64,000 nucleotides of DNA from Desulfobacterales bacterium. GTDB taxonomy: Bacteria; Desulfobacterota; Desulfobacteria; Desulfobacterales; UBA2174. The position numbers and the translations under genes are program-made. Where the stretch lies: contig CAXXWC010000006.1 in NCBI GenBank assembly GCA_963668645.2, positions 156,386 through 220,385 on the forward strand. Direction: 5' to 3'. The notes below the pieces were generated by a model. It saw nothing but the letters and a program-made list of their open reading frames with translations. It had not been told where the DNA came from and did not search any database. Positions 61,146 through 64,000 of the stretch are shown piece after piece (the stretch's first letter is position 1; the number at the start of each line of letters is the position of its first letter).

Positions 61146-62168
61146 CTACCAGGGAATGAACTGGTAGAGCTTGGCGAACATCTCGTAGACCTCGATCCAG
61201 TTCTGCAAATCCCGGCTCGAGCGCATGTGGGCGCGCTTGTTGACCATCACCCAGCTCATGTGGGCCGCACCGTCCTTGCAGGTGGCGCAGTCGCGGGTCT
61301 CGGAGGTACAGCAGCGGTGCATGGTCTTGAGGTCCGAGGCCCAGCGCACGAAGTTGGTCAGCCGGCGAGGCGGCGGATCGCGCCGGTCCAGGGGGGTGGT
61401 CACCGAGGGGCATTCGTGCCAGCCGAAGCGGCGCCCCAGCATCTGTCCACTGGTGATGAGGCGGTGATAGTACTTCGAGGAGATGACCGTCTCCGGATAG
61501 TGGTCCAGCACACCTCATCCATTTCGGCGCACGGATCTGGGCCAGCACTCTTCGGGCTGCCAGTGAAAACCCGTCCACCCCCCTCGTCGTTAGAGAGCAG
61601 CTGCATGTGAACCTTGAGGCCTGCGTTGCGAATTTTTTTGCATGATCCGATCGGTGCTTGCCCCAGCTGTTTGCGGGGTGATGGTGATACAGGTAGTAGG
61701 TGTGCGGATCGCCGGCATAGTTTTTACTGGAGATGGAAAAGGCATCCTTTCCGCGCAGCACCCGCTCATCCGCTTCGTCTCCCCACAGGCTGAAATACCC
61801 AGCATCATGTCGGGGAAGCGGTCCCTGCGGCACCTTGATGATACCGTTGGTGGCACAGAAGGTGGGCAGGCGCTTGTAAAAAACCTCTACCCGGTCCATG
61901 CAAAGCGTGGGTTCGCCGCCGATGAGAATGGCCAGGTTCACGCCGCGGGCCGTCTCCTTCATCCACGATGAAGGCTTCCCAGCGGGCCGATGTCCATTTC
62001 CTCTTTGGCCGCTTCGTGTTCACCGGAAGAGAAGAAGAAGCACCCTTTGCAGCGCAGGTTGCAGCGATTGGTCACATCGTAGATGGAGCTGCGGATGTTG
62101 AGCTTGGATGATGCGTTTATACCGGGCGTACCCAGTCGGTCGTCCAGCAGGGAGCTGACGGTTTTCAT
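61146..62168 (-). CDS. radical SAM protein A (multiple frameshifts)
   Basis: YDVTNRCNLRCKGCFF, GGEPTL, ATNG and C-terminal CCTSETRDCATC. Confidence 0.8.
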
Positions 62169-62182
62169 CAATGTATATCCTT

Positions 62183-63389
62183 TTACGGACCTTCCTGAAG
62201 TTCATTTTTAGCAGTCTCAGAACTTACTAATTGGCTGTCAGTTCCACGCCGGGCGGAGGCCAACGGTTTGGTTGCATCAGGTTTTTCCCCTTTTCGTAGC
62301 CTTTCAGCCACACGGCCAGGTAGGTATCGACAAAATCCAGCCAGGCCCCGAAAGGTGTCCGGGATCGACGGCGTGGCGGAACAGCCGGGACGTGACCACG
62401 GAACTGGCCGCAGCGTAGTGCCGGCAGTCCGCGCAGTCCGTATCCGGTACGCAGCAGGCCGCATCACGGTCCCAGGTCAGGTCCGTACGGTATTGGCGGA
62501 AAGGAACGGCCCAGGCCCACATCCGTGCGACGGATTGCTGTCGGGGATAGGGGCACCCGTAACAGCGTCGTGGAGGCCTTTTTCATGGGTGTGGGCCATG
62601 GCGCTGTACCAGGCGAAAACAGGACTGTTTGCGTGATATTTGCCGCCAGCAGATCAAGCCATCGTGCTGCCGCGTGTCGGCCCAGGGACTCAGCGGCGTC
62701 GTGGCGAAGATCGCCGCGTGTACCCCACCGGTGCGCTGAACATGACATTAAACGTCACCGTGGCAGATCCATGCGTCGGCCAGGGTCATCCGGACCACCG
62801 CCTCGCGCCTGGCATCGATGTTATGGCGGGTAAAGGTATAGACGAATGCCGCCCGCGCATCGTCCGGCGTAATTTTTTAACTGACGCCGGTCAGCATATT
62901 TTTCGGCATTGCGGGTAAGGCAGGCTGGCCTCGTCGTTGCCCCACACAGAAATATGAATGCTTGTAGCCCATCGGTATCGGCGAGATCCGCCTGCAGGCC
63001 GTTGGTGGCGACGGCATCCCAAAGGGAATGGTCATCGTAGCAGATGCCTGGCACGTTTCCGGCTACCAGGGACGGTTCGGCGCCGGCAAGCACCACAAAG
63101 GTAATACCCCGGGCCTTTTCTCCGAACGCATCAGGTTGTCGCCAGGTCGTCCGGATTCGCGATTGTCACTGGGCATGTTCTGTTTATCTCCTTCGTAGTA
63201 GTAACAGCCGTTGCAGCGGATGTTGCAGCGGCTGGTGATATCGTAAGTCGATTCACGCAGAAAAAAGAAGCGGCGCACCTTCTGCCAGCGGGTCCGCACC
63301 CGATCGTCGGCCAGCAGTTCAGCGAATTTCCACTCCTTTACGGGAGGCGGGTCAAGGGTGGATCGGGAGGATAAGCAGGTCTCCACCAT
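62183..63389 (-). CDS. radical SAM protein B (heavily corrupted; 3' end uncertain)
   Basis: YDITSRCNIRCNGCYY, LAGAEPSL, ATNGL and C-terminal CCVPDTDCADC. Confidence 0.75.
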
Positions 63390-63400
63390 GCGGGCTCCGG

Positions 63401-63673
63401 TCAATTCAATTCGGCGGCCTGCAGCCTGGTGTGGATGTACGTGGCGATCAGTCTCAAGGTGGTCAGTTTGGGGTAATCGTCCTCGTCGATGCGCACGGCG
63501 TATTCGTCGCGCAGGACCAGGGCCACCGTAGCCAGGTCCATGCTGTCGATGCCGACCTCATCCACCAGGTCCAGGTCCGGATCGAAAGTCTCGGGGGTGA
63601 CGTCTTCCAGTTTGATCTCATCGATCATGATGGCGGCGATGCGCCGCATCAGGTGTTCCAGCTCTATTTCCAT
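63401..63673 (-). CDS. acyl carrier protein
   Basis: Acidic 90-aa protein with the phosphopantetheine motif GIDSMD. Confidence 0.92.
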   Translation of the reverse strand: MEIELEHLMRRIAAIMIDEIKLEDVTPETFDPDLDLVDEVGIDSMDLATVALVLRDEYAVRIDEDDYPKLTTLRLIATYIHTRLQAAELN

Positions 63674-64000
63674 CTGTCGTCTTCTCCTTCAACCGCCTCC
63701 TGCCGGCCTGCCTTTGATGCAACGGCAACGCCGCCGCAGACCAACGCTTCGCCCTCGAGAATGCGGAAATTGAACTCCCCGGCGGCCTCTGCCTGGCGGC
63801 GGGCAACCACCTTCAGCGCAGCCCCGGGCCCGACGGCCTGCCGGAACCGGACCCGGCGCAGGGCCGCGATGCGCCAACCGCCGCCGAGCACTCGCGTCAA
63901 AAGATCCTGGACCATCGCCAACTGGGCGATTCCCGGCAGGACCGGCCGCCCGGGAAAATGCCCGTCGAACCAGGGCGAACCGGCCGGCACCCGCACCAAG
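63664..64000 (-). CDS. FabA/FabZ-like 3-hydroxyacyl-ACP dehydratase (5' end probably outside the window)
   Basis: WFDGHFPGRPVLPGIAQL and VRFRQAV.PG. Confidence 0.82.
   Translation of the reverse strand, partial: LVRVPAGSPWFDGHFPGRPVLPGIAQLAMVQDLLTRVLGGGWRIAALRRVRFRQAVGPGAALKVVARRQAEAAGEFNFRILEGEALVCGGVAVASKAGRQEAVEGEDDRWK

Overview
High-GC bacterial DNA from a dissimilatory sulfate/sulfite reducer (dsrMKJOP with an upstream RsbRD-N gene; gene set and style fit a Desulfobacterota deltaproteobacterium). In order: (1) a GNAT/ArgA-like gene. (2) A ~21 kb sigma54-linked catabolic island: PAS-bEBP, two -24/-12 promoters each preceded by tandem TGT-N12-ACA sites, biotin carrier, thiolase, MmgE/PrpD, CoA-transferase III, USP, carboxyltransferase, glutaryl-CoA dehydrogenase-like ACAD, TAXI-DUF1850-TRAP transporter, HD protein, an ACAD lacking the catalytic Glu, CoA ligase, SdhA/NadB-like flavoprotein, cupin, an alpha-beta fused serine-dehydratase-like Fe-S lyase and a QueG-like Fe-S protein. 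(3) A second TAXI-DUF1850-TRAP cassette. (4) dsrMKJOP, an IscU-like gene and a second bEBP. (5) A DctPQM TRAP system, htpG plus a J-protein, MscS, a GH17 glucan enzyme, an aminotransferase and EamA. (6) Divergent aroF and trpEGDCF, each with an unannotated Trp-containing leader peptide and a matching pair of hairpins. (7) A truncated type II FAS/PKS-like cluster with two paralogous radical SAM genes between ACP and two ketosynthases. From ~42.6 kb onward many genes carry homopolymer frameshifts that look like long-read errors. No rRNA, tRNA, CRISPR array or transposase was recognised. All family assignments come from motif recognition and recalled reference sequences; no database search was run.
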